Assembly (NCBI GenBank): GCA_021613535.1
Contig: CP075496.1
Coordinates: 12,586,001 to 12,650,000, forward strand
Source of the DNA: Adineta vaga
Lineage: Eukaryota; Animalia; Rotifera
Direction of reading: 5' to 3'
Length of the DNA: 64,000 nt
The notes under the pieces were generated by a model. The model had not been told where the DNA came from and searched no databases. It worked only from the letters and a program-made list of their open reading frames with translations. This document shows positions 63,701 through 64,000 of the stretch, piece by piece (position 1 is the first letter of the stretch; each line of letters starts with the position of its first letter). A program made the translations under genes and the position numbers.

Positions 63701-64000
63701 TCATTCTATTTTCATTGTCGACGAGATTTAAAAGATCTATTCGATAAATTTGCATGTGAAATTAATCTTGAACAAGATTTTACTATCAAAGAACATTATA
63801 AAAATGATTTATTAGATATTTCCAGACATTTAACTGGTTTAATTACACGAAATATTGTTGACGATATAACAGATGCAAGTGTACGAAGAATCTATGATAT
63901 GATCGCAATTTCTTCTATACCTTGTTATGCAATTAGTACACATACACGTGGAAATTTTCTCATAACAAAAGAACAATTTCGAGATTTCCTATATGAACAT
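46181..64000 (+). CDS. PLCE1: Phospholipase C epsilon, long form (ankyrin repeats - helical region - FERM-like - RasGEF/CDC25 - PH - EF hands); 3'-truncated by the window
   Basis: Ankyrins LPPLFLAAQRNN..LLLRYGANINVRDEQYCSPLHLAAR..NKYGDTPL. FERM-like IVSGRLICSKEEAATLAAVQLR and CYVRLCRNLSCY. RasGEF FPEEVAMRLTEIEHEIF, GNFNSAMQILAGL, CKVVPFFGTFLKDL. PLC-epsilon-specific DRRIVWLKNQYLSLY, GPTPMHAILVFGGRQW and FVELFKSF..CRRDLKDLFD. The catalytic X/Y boxes lie beyond the window. Confidence 0.9.
54697..54770. repeat. Inverted microsatellite (GATA)n-spacer-(TATC)n able to form a hairpin
   Basis: aatagatagatagatagatagataga (54697-54722) followed after a short spacer by tctatc...tctatt (54734-54767). 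Confidence 0.9.

Noticed and set aside
1-64000. CRISPR arrays, rRNA/tRNA genes, intact transposons or a prokaryotic origin of the window
   Set aside because: No repeat-spacer arrays, structured RNA signatures or transposase/RT motifs were seen by eye. The genes are spliceosomal-intron-containing animal genes. tRNAscan-SE and Infernal could not be run.

Overview
Very AT-rich eukaryotic DNA with dense genes and many short (about 50-70 nt) GT-AG introns. The composition, intron size and gene families suggest a bdelloid rotifer (inference). The ORF track fragments most genes, so gene models were rebuilt by eye from splice sites. In order, the window holds: the 3' end of an acidic-tailed gene; a small rotifer-type orphan gene; a tandem pair of p38-like MAPKs; ZRANB1/TRABID; RPLP2 head-to-head with PP2A B55; a stand-alone FAD synthase; COX10; a bacterial-type DUF2945/HVA1 gene; an arrestin-domain protein; a ~1,170-aa polyglutamine protein; a TLC-domain protein; an SLK/STK10 kinase; and the 5' part of a very large ankyrin-FERM-RasGEF phospholipase C epsilon. 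Most notable observations: (1) the intronless, probably horizontally acquired DUF2945/HVA1 gene lies 111 bp upstream of the COX10 start, ends in four consecutive stops and has no canonical poly(A) signal, suggesting a shared transcript or trans-spliced operon; (2) one p38 copy is an intact pseudokinase, with DFG replaced by TNV and TGY by SED, linked to its neighbour by a gene-conversion tract; (3) SLK has Glu at its activating phosphosite and an alternative C-terminus nested in its last intron; (4) PLC epsilon has a candidate internal first exon preceded by an inverted GATA/TATC hairpin.
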